From positions 1 through 64,000 of the IMG/VR virus record IMGVR_UViG_3300033145_002015: a stretch of DNA of 64,000 nucleotides; one strand, written 5' to 3'. Positions 54,170 through 63,984 of the stretch are shown here, piece after piece (the first letter of the stretch is position 1; each line of letters begins with the position of its first letter). This stretch comes from a virus (taxonomy: Duplodnaviria; Caudoviricetes). The translations under genes and the position numbers were made by a program. Under the pieces are notes generated by a model. That model ran no database searches and was not told where the DNA came from. It saw only the letters and a list, made by a program, of their open reading frames with translations.

Positions 54170-55873
54170 CTATCGCTTCTCTTGGATGTGTTGACCCAGA
54201 TGGTCCAGCAAAATGACAGCATCCCTGAATTCTTGGTCCCCCTTGGCTTTTTCTTCCGGGGAAGTCGCTCTCGGTGCCGGTTCGTAACTACCAGCCAAAT
54301 TTGCAGCAAGCGAAGGTCCGGCCGTAGTCATAATATCTTCTGGAAGGGCCAATAGTCCCACTTTCGCCAGGCTCAGCACGATCGGCAATGGATAATCTGC
54401 CCACGGAACATCAAGGGTCTTAAGTTTCAAATCAAATTGCTTATTCGCCATTTGAATGGCATTATTCATGGACAATGCTCCGGAATTGACCAGATGCTGG
54501 AACAAAGTCGCCAGTTCATCAGACCTGATGATCTCCGGCCCTTTCGTTCTGATTTTCCAATCAGGAAAATCCCTGAAGAGAGTCCAGCTCAGAATCTCAT
54601 CTTCCATCAGGCGTTCAGGTTTGAATATCTGTTCTTCGGCAATCAACCTCGACGTTTTGGCAGAAGCAAAAGTATAAGACTCGCTGACTCCAATAAATAT
54701 CGGCGGGAGTCGAAACGCATGCCTGACAAATTCATTCGCTCGTTCAATATACGTTCTGAACATTTGATCGTCTTTGCGATATTCAATCAAAGGCTTTAAT
54801 TCGATTTTGGCCCTACTGGCCGAATCAACATCTCCCCCCAGATCTTCCGCTTCAAGGATCGCAATCTTGTTGAAATTCTCATAGCCCTTAAAACCACTGA
54901 ACAAATCCTCAAGTTCGTTTATAGATTCCTCAGTCAGAACGCCTCCCCCCGAAACCATCACTACGAGCGGCGGAATCCCTTGGTTGACGAATAAATCATA
55001 ATTTACGAAATCGGCTGCTCTCACACCAAGGACATTTAGAATTTGCCCAATCCATCGCGGGATACCATACGGAGAAGTCCCACTATCAATACCGATATGA
55101 ATGACTTCGGTCGCCAAGTCATTCTTTTTGATGTTTCCCCCGATTTCCCCTGTAGATGCCGAAACGGGACGGGGATCCCCAAACTCCTTAAACCATACGG
55201 CTTTGTTGGAAGATTCAGTTAGATAGGCAAATCTCCTGAACCTTTTCTTAATCTTCATCTTCATAATTTTTCCCATCCGTCTGATGGGAACGGTCACTTC
55301 AATAGGAGTTTCATCCAAGGGAGTCATACGCATATAAGCAGCCTTGACTCTATAAATCAGAACCACATCACCTTTTCGGTTGCGCACTACTTCATAGTAA
55401 CCATTTCCGGTAACTTCCAAATCTTGTCGTACATCCCGTCGAACGGATAGAAACGATTGCGATTCATTGGCCTGTTCCAGCAATTCCACTATTGGAGCTA
55501 TTGCTGCTTCCCGTTCGCTGTCACTTGGAGGATCGCCCGGAGGTTGGTAGATGAAATCGTAACCGAAACCGGGGATGTTGTCTTTCATAGCAGAGATACA
55601 CTTGGGGAGGATCGAAGATTCCTCATAACATGAATATAGCTTCCGAAAATTGTACGGAGGAATAAGTAACTTGTGGGAAGCATATAAATTGTGATCAGCG
55701 AATGGATCTTCAATATCGGCTTTGCTTTCCAGTACTTGGGGAGCAGGATGTTGCTGCTTCATACGAAGCAGCCTTGCATCTCTTATCTTCTGTCGCAGTT
55801 CCCGAACTTTTTGAACGTGTGTCTTGCGTCGTTCATCTTCAGAAGGAACTAAGACTGTGGTTCTATTCGCCAT
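54170..55873 (-). CDS. Portal protein (PBSX/HK97-like)
   Basis: PPYNF..L, DLEVTGNGYYEVVRN, YGIPRW, NYDLFVNQGIP, FRLPPI. Confidence 0.88.
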   Translation of the reverse strand: MANRTTVLVPSEDERRKTHVQKVRELRQKIRDARLLRMKQQHPAPQVLESKADIEDPFADHNLYASHKLLIPPYNFRKLYSCYEESSILPKCISAMKDNIPGFGYDFIYQPPGDPPSDSEREAAIAPIVELLEQANESQSFLSVRRDVRQDLEVTGNGYYEVVRNRKGDVVLIYRVKAAYMRMTPLDETPIEVTVPIRRMGKIMKMKIKKRFRRFAYLTESSNKAVWFKEFGDPRPVSASTGEIGGNIKKNDLATEVIHIGIDSGTSPYGIPRWIGQILNVLGVRAADFVNYDLFVNQGIPPLVVMVSGGGVLTEESINELEDLFSGFKGYENFNKIAILEAEDLGGDVDSASRAKIELKPLIEYRKDDQMFRTYIERANEFVRHAFRLPPIFIGVSESYTFASAKTSRLIAEEQIFKPERLMEDEILSWTLFRDFPDWKIRTKGPEIIRSDELATLFQHLVNSGALSMNNAIQMANKQFDLKLKTLDVPWADYPLPIVLSLAKVGLLALPEDIMTTAGPSLAANLAGSYEPAPRATSPEEKAKGDQEFRDAVILLDHLGQHIQEKR

Positions 55874-55884
55874 TTCAAACTCCT

Positions 55885-58437
55885 TTACGTCTTCAATTCG
55901 ATTTCTTCCATTTCAGCAAGGGTTTTTCCTATCTTGCACCCCACCATGATAGGGACAGATAACGTAATCCCAAAGTATTCTTGTAGCGGCAAGTTTGCCG
56001 CAATGCGGGGAACGACTTCTGTAACGCGATCAACATAGTCTTCATCCACCTCGAAGACAATCTCATCGTAAACAAATAATACCATCTTTGCTTTTGTTTT
56101 ATCAAGATTGCCGCTACGATACACTTCTCTGGCGATCAGCAACCCAGTGTCTGAACTGGCTCCTTGGATTGGGCTATTGATCGCCTGCCTTTCTGCTAGA
56201 GATCTGACAGACGGATTGTCAGAATCGATCGTTGGTAATCTTCTGATCCTGCCGAATATACTTCTCACCTGCTTATACTTTCTTGCTTCCCCGATCCTTC
56301 GTTGATGCCATTTGGCTACCTTTGGATAAAGTGAGAAATATGTTTCCCGCCATTTGGTAGCCTCTTCAAGATCCAGCCGAATACCATAGTCTATATAAGC
56401 ATGTCGCATAAACGTTTTTGGCATCATGCCATACATAAATCCGAAATTCACAGATTTGGCCGAGCGTCTATGCATAGCTTTCTGCTCGTCGGAAATAGAG
56501 TTCCATTCTTTTCCGACCAAGGCCATGGCGGTTCTAGTATGAATATCTCCTCCGGTTCGATAAATATCTAGCATCACCGGATCTTGTGATTCGTGAGCGA
56601 TGAATCTCAACTCCGACTGATCCAGATCGAATGCCGCCAATACCTTGCCTTCAGGGGCGGCATACAGTCTTCTCACAATCTTAGCCAAGGCAGATCGTTT
56701 TGGAATGTTGAACACATTTGGGTTGGAAGAAGCTGGTCTTCCCGTCACAGTCGATACCATCGAAATGGAAGAATAGATTCTTCCATCGGGCTTAATGGCT
56801 TTTTTGAGGCCATTGATGCTTCTACTGAGAAGCGTAAAACTTTCATGGTAATTCAAATATGCTTTGATGACGGCTTTCGTCTCATCATCCATCTTCGGAT
56901 GATCCATAAGAAGCATTAAATGATCCTTCTTGACCGAATGACCGTTCTTATCAGTCTTCATTTGCGGAGGAATCTTCTTATACTCAAACAAGAAGTCCCT
57001 CATGATATCACGCCTCGTCAGAACGAGACCCTTGTCTTCATGTGCCTTGATCAGTTTTTTAGGAAATCTACTAATGCAGAAATTCTGCTGCTCTTCCAAA
57101 ATACGAGTCAGTTGCTCTTCCGCCATCGGAATATATTCTTGATCGATATAAATTCCATTGGCAGTCATCGGATAGATAACATCAGTCAGAATGGGCTGCA
57201 AGAATCTGGCAAAATAATTTCCAAGTCTTTGGTCTTCCAGCAGCTTTGTTCGCATTGAAATATATGCCCTTCTCGTTCCGTCACTATCCCCTGCCGCGTA
57301 TTTCGATACTTGAACAGGATCAGAACCAATCATATCGTCCTTATCAATGTGTTGCGACAACAGATCTTTGTTTCCTGCAGGGAGATCAGTAAAATCTTGA
57401 ATGACTTGATCTAAAGAAGACATTCGATAGACATTCTCATCGATAACATGCGCCGCCGCCTGGCAATCCATTACATAGCCATTGATTTCAAAATCTCCCA
57501 AAAGCTGACGGAACCGAAGAAGATCGTACGTTCCATGAAACATCACCTTCTTGATGTCACTGCGGGCCAAAAATTCACGAAGCTCAGCGAGCCTCCGATC
57601 ATATTCCGGCAGATAACTGATCCCAATACGCATATTTTTTCGTCTACTTCCAGAAGACTTCCTTTGGACAGTGATCGTGAAATCACCTTCGTCGGGGGGA
57701 ACCTCCCGCACCAGCCACATCACATATCCAACTCCTTTTTTCGGGCTGAAGGATACACATAATACCGGGCTATCCGGACTTGTCCAATCTGTTCCCTGCG
57801 TTTCAGTATCGACGGCGCACACAAAGTTCTTACGGTCCAATAAATGTCTGATGGACATAACTGTAGAATATGAGACAGGTGTCGGATCTTTGTGCTTAAA
57901 ACCAGCTCTGTAAAAATCTCCAACAACTCTAAGCTGACTTTCAAAAGATATCCGCTTACTTGGATCATGCAGCATTGCAGCGGGATGGTATGCAGCAAAA
58001 ACCGGACTGTTGAATTCTTTCGAGTGCATCCATTTTCCCACTACTGTTTTGAAGGAAGCTGAAGATGCCATAATCTGGCGAAAAGCAATCTCGCCCAATG
58101 TGACAATGAGCTTTGGCTTAAGATTCTTGAGAATCTTTTCTACATTTGGCCTGCAGTGCTGCAGGACAGATTTGATTTCTTTCTTGGACATTTTCTTGGT
58201 GTCGATGGTACATCTTGCTGCATTGATGTAGCATATATCCCGATCAGCCATTCCAACAGACGAAACCGTCTTGCGCAGCTCTTCTCCGCTTGGTCCTTTG
58301 AAACATATACCAACTTTGTTTTCCACCGCTCCGGGGGATTCCCCCACGAACACCACAGATGCGGAAGGGCTCCCGTCATATTTGACTTCCCTGGCATCAT
58401 ACAACAAGCATCCTTTGCATTTTTCTCGTTTGGCCAT
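55885..58437 (-). CDS. polA: Family A DNA polymerase with N-terminal family-4 uracil-DNA glycosylase domain
   Basis: UDG: CKGC, GESPG, GPSG, YHPAA; exo DTET / YDL / YAAGD; pol motifs DLDQSELR, AKSVNFGFMYG, VYDE. Confidence 0.92.
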   Translation of the reverse strand: MAKREKCKGCLLYDAREVKYDGSPSASVVFVGESPGAVENKVGICFKGPSGEELRKTVSSVGMADRDICYINAARCTIDTKKMSKKEIKSVLQHCRPNVEKILKNLKPKLIVTLGEIAFRQIMASSASFKTVVGKWMHSKEFNSPVFAAYHPAAMLHDPSKRISFESQLRVVGDFYRAGFKHKDPTPVSYSTVMSIRHLLDRKNFVCAVDTETQGTDWTSPDSPVLCVSFSPKKGVGYVMWLVREVPPDEGDFTITVQRKSSGSRRKNMRIGISYLPEYDRRLAELREFLARSDIKKVMFHGTYDLLRFRQLLGDFEINGYVMDCQAAAHVIDENVYRMSSLDQVIQDFTDLPAGNKDLLSQHIDKDDMIGSDPVQVSKYAAGDSDGTRRAYISMRTKLLEDQRLGNYFARFLQPILTDVIYPMTANGIYIDQEYIPMAEEQLTRILEEQQNFCISRFPKKLIKAHEDKGLVLTRRDIMRDFLFEYKKIPPQMKTDKNGHSVKKDHLMLLMDHPKMDDETKAVIKAYLNYHESFTLLSRSINGLKKAIKPDGRIYSSISMVSTVTGRPASSNPNVFNIPKRSALAKIVRRLYAAPEGKVLAAFDLDQSELRFIAHESQDPVMLDIYRTGGDIHTRTAMALVGKEWNSISDEQKAMHRRSAKSVNFGFMYGMMPKTFMRHAYIDYGIRLDLEEATKWRETYFSLYPKVAKWHQRRIGEARKYKQVRSIFGRIRRLPTIDSDNPSVRSLAERQAINSPIQGASSDTGLLIAREVYRSGNLDKTKAKMVLFVYDEIVFEVDEDYVDRVTEVVPRIAANLPLQEYFGITLSVPIMVGCKIGKTLAEMEEIELKT

Positions 58438-58466
58438 ATCACCACCCCCGTCTTAAATGATGTTAC

Positions 58467-58495
58467 ACTTTACATGAATAGCTTATAAAAGTCAA
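58467..58495 (-). promoter_or_regulatory. sigma70 promoter for polA-portal
   Basis: TTGACT-17-TAAAGT; palindrome at 58512 upstream. Confidence 0.7.
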
Positions 58496-58529
58496 GAAAA
58501 ATCCGACGAGGCGCAATCGATTGCGCCCC

Positions 58530-58605
58530 AAAAAAGTGCCGTGGCGCTAAAGTCTTTGGCAGTCAGGGGGCTGCTTCTTGCCAATAGACCTTCTCACCAC
58601 GGCAC
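58530..58605 (-). terminator. Extended hairpin terminator / structured element
   Basis: GTGCCGTGG...CCACGGCAC with nested GTCT/AGAC and TTGGCA/TGCCAA stems, followed by a T tract. Confidence 0.55.
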
Positions 58606-58627
58606 GCGGGGAGAAACTTGAAAAGCG

Positions 58628-58867
58628 TTATTTGCTTTCAGTATAGCTGAAGAGCTTGTCCAACAGACTCATAATAAATTCATCCACTTCGCTGTCGGGG
58701 TTGTCCACTGCTTGCTTCACCAGATCACGCAGTACTTTTGCATAAAGCAAACAAAGAATGTCGTACAGATCTTGGTATAGCATGGCCATTCCTCCTTCCT
58801 TTTCTAAAGCGTCTTTCAGCTTTAGATACGTCGATAAGATTTTCCACAGATCCCATGGATTTAACAT
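58628..58867 (-). CDS. Small hypothetical protein
   Basis: Start reassigned downstream of speD. Confidence 0.45.
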   Translation of the reverse strand: MLNPWDLWKILSTYLKLKDALEKEGGMAMLYQDLYDILCLLYAKVLRDLVKQAVDNPDSEVDEFIMSLLDKLFSYTESK

Positions 58868-58874
58868 TCGCCAG

Positions 58875-59228
58875 TCACCTGAATTCGAGCCCCCTCCAAT
58901 GTCGCTTTTCCAGGCGCTTTGTTGCGCCAAACTTCTGTTCAATGCTTCTGGCCAATGCTTCTGCGTTTACAGTCTCCCCGCAGGTGAAGACATCCAGGGC
59001 GGCAAATCTGAATTCGGGCCATGTATGAACGGCGAGGTGCGACTCTGCCACCAAAACTAAACATGTGACTCCATGAGGATCGAATTGCTTGGTTTGCACT
59101 CCCAAAACGGTGCAGCCCCAATTTTTGGCTTCGGAAACCAGCAATTCTTCAAGCAGCTCCGAATCGTTGAGAATAGATTCATTGCACTCGAACAGATCAA
59201 TCAGAATATGTTTTCCTACGCCGTTCAT
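58875..59228 (-). CDS. speD: S-adenosylmethionine decarboxylase proenzyme
   Basis: GKHILIDL, F.PHGVT, AESHLAVHTWPE, DVFTCG. Confidence 0.92.
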   Translation of the reverse strand: MNGVGKHILIDLFECNESILNDSELLEELLVSEAKNWGCTVLGVQTKQFDPHGVTCLVLVAESHLAVHTWPEFRFAALDVFTCGETVNAEALARSIEQKFGATKRLEKRHWRGLEFR

Positions 59229-59354
59229 AAATCCAAGCCCGTATTCGTTTCCACCATCGAATCAATTTACATAAATCAATTCTAACTCCAAAACTGGATT
59301 TTGGGGGCCGATTCCCGGCTCCAGAATCGAATTCAGATATCTGCTTGTAATCCA

Positions 59355-59558
59355 TTACATTGAATCTTCATCGATTTCGGAATCGTCACCATATAGCGCT
59401 ACCCGCATTTTTTGTAGATAACCCACAATCGTCGTCCATTCCGAATCAGAAAGCCGATGCTGCTTCCATGCAGTAAAACAGACATAGAAGATTGCCATCA
59501 ATCCATTTCCTATGACATCCACTAGATCTCTCTGTGAAGCCATCGCCAAACATATCAT
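59355..59558 (-). CDS. Small hypothetical protein
   Basis: ORF in gene run. Confidence 0.4.
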   Translation of the reverse strand: MICLAMASQRDLVDVIGNGLMAIFYVCFTAWKQHRLSDSEWTTIVGYLQKMRVALYGDDSEIDEDSM

Positions 59559-59623
59559 ACCTTAAGCAATGCAGTAATATCTGTGAAAATATCGTCCAAG
59601 ATATCTACTTGGATTTCGATTTT

Positions 59624-60106
59624 TTAAACATTTCCGTATAGTTTAGACCACATCTGATCTACACGAGCCTCAAGCCCATTTATCTTAGCTGATTTATCCC
59701 GCACTGCGTCAAGTCGATCTGCCAATCTTGACACTTCTTTCACGAGCTGCGGGAGAGCCTCAAGTTGTGGATAGTATCGTGCAATCGCTTGTTCCCGCTT
59801 TTCGTCCATAATAGTCAACATTTTTTTCATGTCATCCAGCGATCTGCACATGATACTCTGACACCGTTCCTGTTCACGTTCAAATTGTTTAATGGTCATG
59901 AGTTGCAGTACCCCTTGGCGGTCAAACAGCACGTGCTTGACCCCTTCCAGATCGTTCATCATATTCTGCATGTCCTTGGTGATGTCCTGCCGGAGCTGTT
60001 CAAGCGATGCATGCAGATAGCGGATCGCCAGCTTTGTGGACGCAAAAAATGCGCCGGCGAGGAATACCACCAGGGCTACATAATGTATCCAATTAAGGTG
60101 CTCCAT
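59624..60106 (-). CDS. Putative holin-like membrane protein
   Basis: N-terminal TM helix plus coiled coil, downstream of tail-fibre genes. Confidence 0.45.
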   Translation of the reverse strand: MEHLNWIHYVALVVFLAGAFFASTKLAIRYLHASLEQLRQDITKDMQNMMNDLEGVKHVLFDRQGVLQLMTIKQFEREQERCQSIMCRSLDDMKKMLTIMDEKREQAIARYYPQLEALPQLVKEVSRLADRLDAVRDKSAKINGLEARVDQMWSKLYGNV

Positions 60107-60326
60107 TATTGATGCCTTTGTTGTTTGCGGACAGCATCGCTTCCAGCTCCGAAATCCGCTCGGACATTCGCTTGTTCTGCTTCAGCAGTTGGATGTAGCA
60201 TCGTTCGGCGTTGGCTTTTTCTATCAATGCTTTGCCCAGCTCGAAAATGATATCATTTACTGTATAGAGCATTGGTATCTTTGGCTGGACGTTAGCGGTT
60301 TCCTGTTGTGTCATGACATTCTCCAA
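60093..60326 (-). CDS. Small coiled-coil protein
   Basis: RBS GGAG, overlap with next gene. Confidence 0.5.
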   Translation of the reverse strand: MENVMTQQETANVQPKIPMLYTVNDIIFELGKALIEKANAERCYIQLLKQNKRMSERISELEAMLSANNKGINNGAP

Positions 60327-60329
60327 TTT

Positions 60330-60725
60330 TTAGTTCATAGCTATATAAAAATTATGCACCGCCACCGCCCCACTTAAAGCGCCCGCACCGTAAAGCAGGA
60401 TCTGGCGCAGTTTGGGGGGTACGAAGTCCGCCAATACCAGCATGATCGCCGCTGTTCCTACACCCCAAGCCGCCAGTTCAAGGTCGCTTGGATGCTCGCC
60501 CAGGAACGGGTTTACCTCCCTTGCCCCGTGCTCCAGGGCATAGTGCGTCGAGATCATATCCGCCGCTCGTCCCGCCAGCATCACGCCGGCTGCTATCTTA
60601 TCCTGCTTGGTCCATTCGTACCTGTGCAGGGTGGAGCAGCCGATCACCTGCAGGATCGCCGCCCCCAACATCAAGGTGATGCCGAGCGTTAGGCAACGTT
60701 TTTGGAATGGGCTCTTTTTGTGCAT
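60330..60725 (-). CDS. Predicted lipoprotein/membrane protein (DUF5658-like motif)
   Basis: Signal peptide with lipobox VIGC; DMISTHYAL..GAREVNP. Confidence 0.55.
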   Translation of the reverse strand: MHKKSPFQKRCLTLGITLMLGAAILQVIGCSTLHRYEWTKQDKIAAGVMLAGRAADMISTHYALEHGAREVNPFLGEHPSDLELAAWGVGTAAIMLVLADFVPPKLRQILLYGAGALSGAVAVHNFYIAMN

Positions 60726-60736
60726 GTTTTCTGTCC

Positions 60737-61984
60737 TTATATCGGCTCCGCGCGGCCGCGGCCGCCGATAGTCGAAGCCACGGACCAGCGATACATAGTC
60801 GCATTCCGCGCGCGCGACCCGGAAGACGCCCCGCTATTCCATACCGCGCCCGCCCGGAGCTTAACATCACCGTAGGTGCCTTGCTTGTACAGCGAGCCCT
60901 TAGTCCCAGGAAGATTGTACTCGCCGCAGGACGGAGCTGGATCCACGTTCGTCGGATCATACGGGTCGCCGTGGTTATGCTCGCCGCCGTCATAACGATA
61001 CGATTGATCTCTCAGCCACTGCCACATCACGCCACAGCAGTCCTCGCACCCGATATTGGAGATCATCCTCCTTCCGGCGGTATCCACATGGCCGCCGGTG
61101 GTGACGGGATCAACGCTGCCCTGGATGTTTGTCTCCTCGTTGGAGCCTGCAGCGATGATTTGAAATTCAGGATCAGAAAGTAGCTGTTTCTTGACTTCCG
61201 CAAAATCGTCTACAAAATCCATCCAGTTACGGCTGTCGCTGATAGTACCGCCATGGGCTGATGCTGTACTTGCTCCCGTGCCGCTAGCCAAGTAAATGTC
61301 CACCCAAATGTTAGCCTTCTCGCTATAGACCATCCCCTCAGGACTGCATCTGGGACGATGTTTCAGATCCCAAATCGAAGCGGGCAAAATATCATTGGCG
61401 TAATAATTGGCTAGGTCGTGCTCTCTACACGTCCAGGTCACAGTACCATCATCTACGGTATCTCCTGGTGTGGTAGGCCATGTTGGCTCAGAGGCTCCCG
61501 AAGTCCCCGCTACAGTGACTTCGTACCAGTACCCATTGTCGGTCGTAGGAGCCCGGAAATCGCCCAGGCTGTATGCAGTCGATGCAGCCCAATCCGAGGG
61601 GTCGGCATCTGCGCAAAGAGTGTGAAAGCCTCCAATCTTGCGGGAATTATCCGCCGTGAAGCCTGATGGATAGGTGCTGTTCAATGAAATTTTGAATACC
61701 AAGCTTCCATTATCGTCACAGGCATAGACATAGTAGTCTTTGCCATTAGCTACTGTGCCGGTATCAAGGTCGGTAGCCGTGCTGACATTTGTATCCGTGT
61801 CTATGAGAAACCAACTATCACCGATGCGGAGCGGAATAATGTCTGAGCCTTTTACCACCACCTTATCATGGTCAGTTGCATGGGCTTCTAGGATCCGATC
61901 TAACTTATTGAGATAAAAATTAGAAAGAACCGCCGCCGCGATCATGTTATCACTTTCGTCCTTTGTGACTTTTCGATTAGCCAT
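60737..61984 (-). CDS. Tail fibre/receptor-binding protein with Mtd-like C-type-lectin C-terminus
   Basis: WDLKHRP...PEGMV...WVDIYL; GCEDCCGVMWQW; AGAVWNSG..SGSR...IGGRG; internal WAASTAY...W sugar-binding-like repeat. Confidence 0.75.
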   Translation of the reverse strand: MANRKVTKDESDNMIAAAVLSNFYLNKLDRILEAHATDHDKVVVKGSDIIPLRIGDSWFLIDTDTNVSTATDLDTGTVANGKDYYVYACDDNGSLVFKISLNSTYPSGFTADNSRKIGGFHTLCADADPSDWAASTAYSLGDFRAPTTDNGYWYEVTVAGTSGASEPTWPTTPGDTVDDGTVTWTCREHDLANYYANDILPASIWDLKHRPRCSPEGMVYSEKANIWVDIYLASGTGASTASAHGGTISDSRNWMDFVDDFAEVKKQLLSDPEFQIIAAGSNEETNIQGSVDPVTTGGHVDTAGRRMISNIGCEDCCGVMWQWLRDQSYRYDGGEHNHGDPYDPTNVDPAPSCGEYNLPGTKGSLYKQGTYGDVKLRAGAVWNSGASSGSRARNATMYRWSVASTIGGRGRAEPI

Positions 61985-62267
61985 TCTGCTTCACCACCTT
62001 TCTGTGTTTTGCAATCAGGGCAGCTATTTCGTTGCGATTTTTGAACCCCTTGCTTTTCCACAGTGGCATGGGATTGTCAATCTCTTCTGTGACTAGGTCT
62101 TTTGTCTCCTCAGATCCAGAGATGACCCTTTTGACTCTGTCATCTTTAATACCAGAAAGCCTTTCCAAATCTTTAAGAGCCTGCGCTTTGAATTCTTTTA
62201 TACTGAGCAGATTCTCAAAGTCTTGTTTGGTCGCGATATGCTTAGGATATCCTCTCATGATACTCAC
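61977..62267 (-). CDS. Tail-fibre-associated small protein
   Basis: MRGYPKHIATKQDFENL; position. Confidence 0.5.
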   Translation of the reverse strand: MSIMRGYPKHIATKQDFENLLSIKEFKAQALKDLERLSGIKDDRVKRVISGSEETKDLVTEEIDNPMPLWKSKGFKNRNEIAALIAKHRKVVKQNG

Positions 62268-62271
62268 TCCT

Positions 62272-63237
62272 TTACGTCGTATATGTCGGATACGCCTTGA
62301 TGTAGTAATAATTACCGGACGCTTCGTCCTTCACCTTCAGCACTTTGGGTGCACCGGATAGCGTGGCATCGTCTTCAAGGGCCGCAACACCGAGCTCTCC
62401 TACGTTAGTTAGGTTTTTGCCTCCTAAATCGGTATGTTGTTTAGCGCCTGAATATGGGACAAAAATGTCCTGGAAAATCTCGCTGCTGGCGGGGATCTCC
62501 CACCTGCTTGATGTATCTCCTTGGTAATAGACACGGACGGTAGGAGCGTTCCCGCCGCCGGAAACGTCGGCATACAGCTTCCCTACTATCCTGCTGGTCG
62601 CTTCCGGAAGGTAGTCCTCGTCGAGCTGCAAAGGAACCATGTAGGTCGCCTTGGAAGTTATTTCATTTGAATTGGAACTGGTGGCGATGACAAATTCGGA
62701 AGTATCGGCCTTCCGCTCGATCAGCTCCCAGTAAACCCTGAGTGTCTTACCGCCGACCGTCTTTTCAAGAGCAACATACCAATCATAGACACCTTTGAGT
62801 AGCTTAGCGGGAGCCTGCCCCGAAGCGGAGATCCAGCCGCCGATATAATCATCGTCCGAGAGACTGGCCTTCTCTATGTATGTTTCACCGTCTGAAGATG
62901 GAGTTAGGTAGCAAGTCTTGTATCCAGTGGCATCATCTTCATCGTACATATAATATGATGCGCCGAGCGATGTGACCGCCAGGTCCACATACTCCTTGTT
63001 GACGAGGCTCTTAATATCAACGGCGCCGTTTGGAGTAGTTTCCAATACACCCGAATCTGTAATATCAATGCTCGTAACCGTGGGAGAATCGGTAAATTCA
63101 ATTCCATTTTCCGTATTATTTACTACTGGAATGTCTCCGGCTTTTCCGCTGTAGGCCGAAGGAGTATCGGTAAGTTCTAAGAAAGTATCAATTTTGCCCC
63201 GGGTTAATGAAATGCTTTTGCTGACAGGAATACGCAT
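62272..63237 (-). CDS. Tail fibre-related structural protein
   Basis: FLELTDTPSAYSGKAG, NKEYVD motifs. Confidence 0.6.
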   Translation of the reverse strand: MRIPVSKSISLTRGKIDTFLELTDTPSAYSGKAGDIPVVNNTENGIEFTDSPTVTSIDITDSGVLETTPNGAVDIKSLVNKEYVDLAVTSLGASYYMYDEDDATGYKTCYLTPSSDGETYIEKASLSDDDYIGGWISASGQAPAKLLKGVYDWYVALEKTVGGKTLRVYWELIERKADTSEFVIATSSNSNEITSKATYMVPLQLDEDYLPEATSRIVGKLYADVSGGGNAPTVRVYYQGDTSSRWEIPASSEIFQDIFVPYSGAKQHTDLGGKNLTNVGELGVAALEDDATLSGAPKVLKVKDEASGNYYYIKAYPTYTT

Positions 63238-63294
63238 AGTCGTGTACCTCCAGCCACGTCAGACACTACTTTTGGATAGTGGTCTCCGCCGACG

Positions 63295-63624
63295 CTAGTC
63301 GATCAAAAGCACTTCCAGAGTGCCTGACGCAGCGACGCTTTGAACGTAGAATATGGTCTCTCCCGACGTTTTGGCCAGATCTAAAGACAATGATCCTTCC
63401 ACAGTAACGTATCGGGCACCATTCGATAGATGCGACATTTTCCAAGATGTGCCGTCCCGTAAAGCCGCAGCAATGCTTTTACAAGAAAGGCCGCTGGGGA
63501 CGGTTATGGCGGTCCATGACGAATTGTCCACGGACTCGTTCAAAATATCTGCGATAGTACTTCCCCCCGGAATCGGGACCAGGTTGGGATCTTGACGATA
63601 GGCTGTTCCTTGCTGAGTCGCCAT
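63295..63624 (-). CDS. Small virion structural protein
   Basis: Start reassigned to MATQQ (RBS AGGAGG). Confidence 0.55.
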   Translation of the reverse strand: MATQQGTAYRQDPNLVPIPGGSTIADILNESVDNSSWTAITVPSGLSCKSIAAALRDGTSWKMSHLSNGARYVTVEGSLSLDLAKTSGETIFYVQSVAASGTLEVLLID

Positions 63625-63666
63625 TCTAAATTTCCTCCTATCGCCACCCGCAATCAATTGCGGGTG

Positions 63667-63984
63667 CTATTCAGTCTTTTCTTTCCAGTGTTCGAGCCAA
63701 TCCATAATGGATATGGCTTGGCGATCTTTGATCATTTTACGATGATTTTTACATTTGTTCAACACATCTTCGAGGATTGCCTGGAGAACCCTCGGATTAC
63801 CTTTCCGATGCTGTATAAACCTGGTAGCTAGCTCCTCTCCGCCGAATATATAGGTCGCAATAGTTCGATTTCGAGTATAGTCATCACCATTCCAATAGTA
63901 ATTCCTTTTTTCTCCATGATGAAACAATGGAGGTCCTGGCATGATCCATTTCTTCTTTCCTAGAACTGCCAAGGTATAGTTCAT
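63667..63984 (-). CDS. Hypothetical protein
   Basis: Complete ORF at window end. Confidence 0.55.
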   Translation of the reverse strand: MNYTLAVLGKKKWIMPGPPLFHHGEKRNYYWNGDDYTRNRTIATYIFGGEELATRFIQHRKGNPRVLQAILEDVLNKCKNHRKMIKDRQAISIMDWLEHWKEKTE

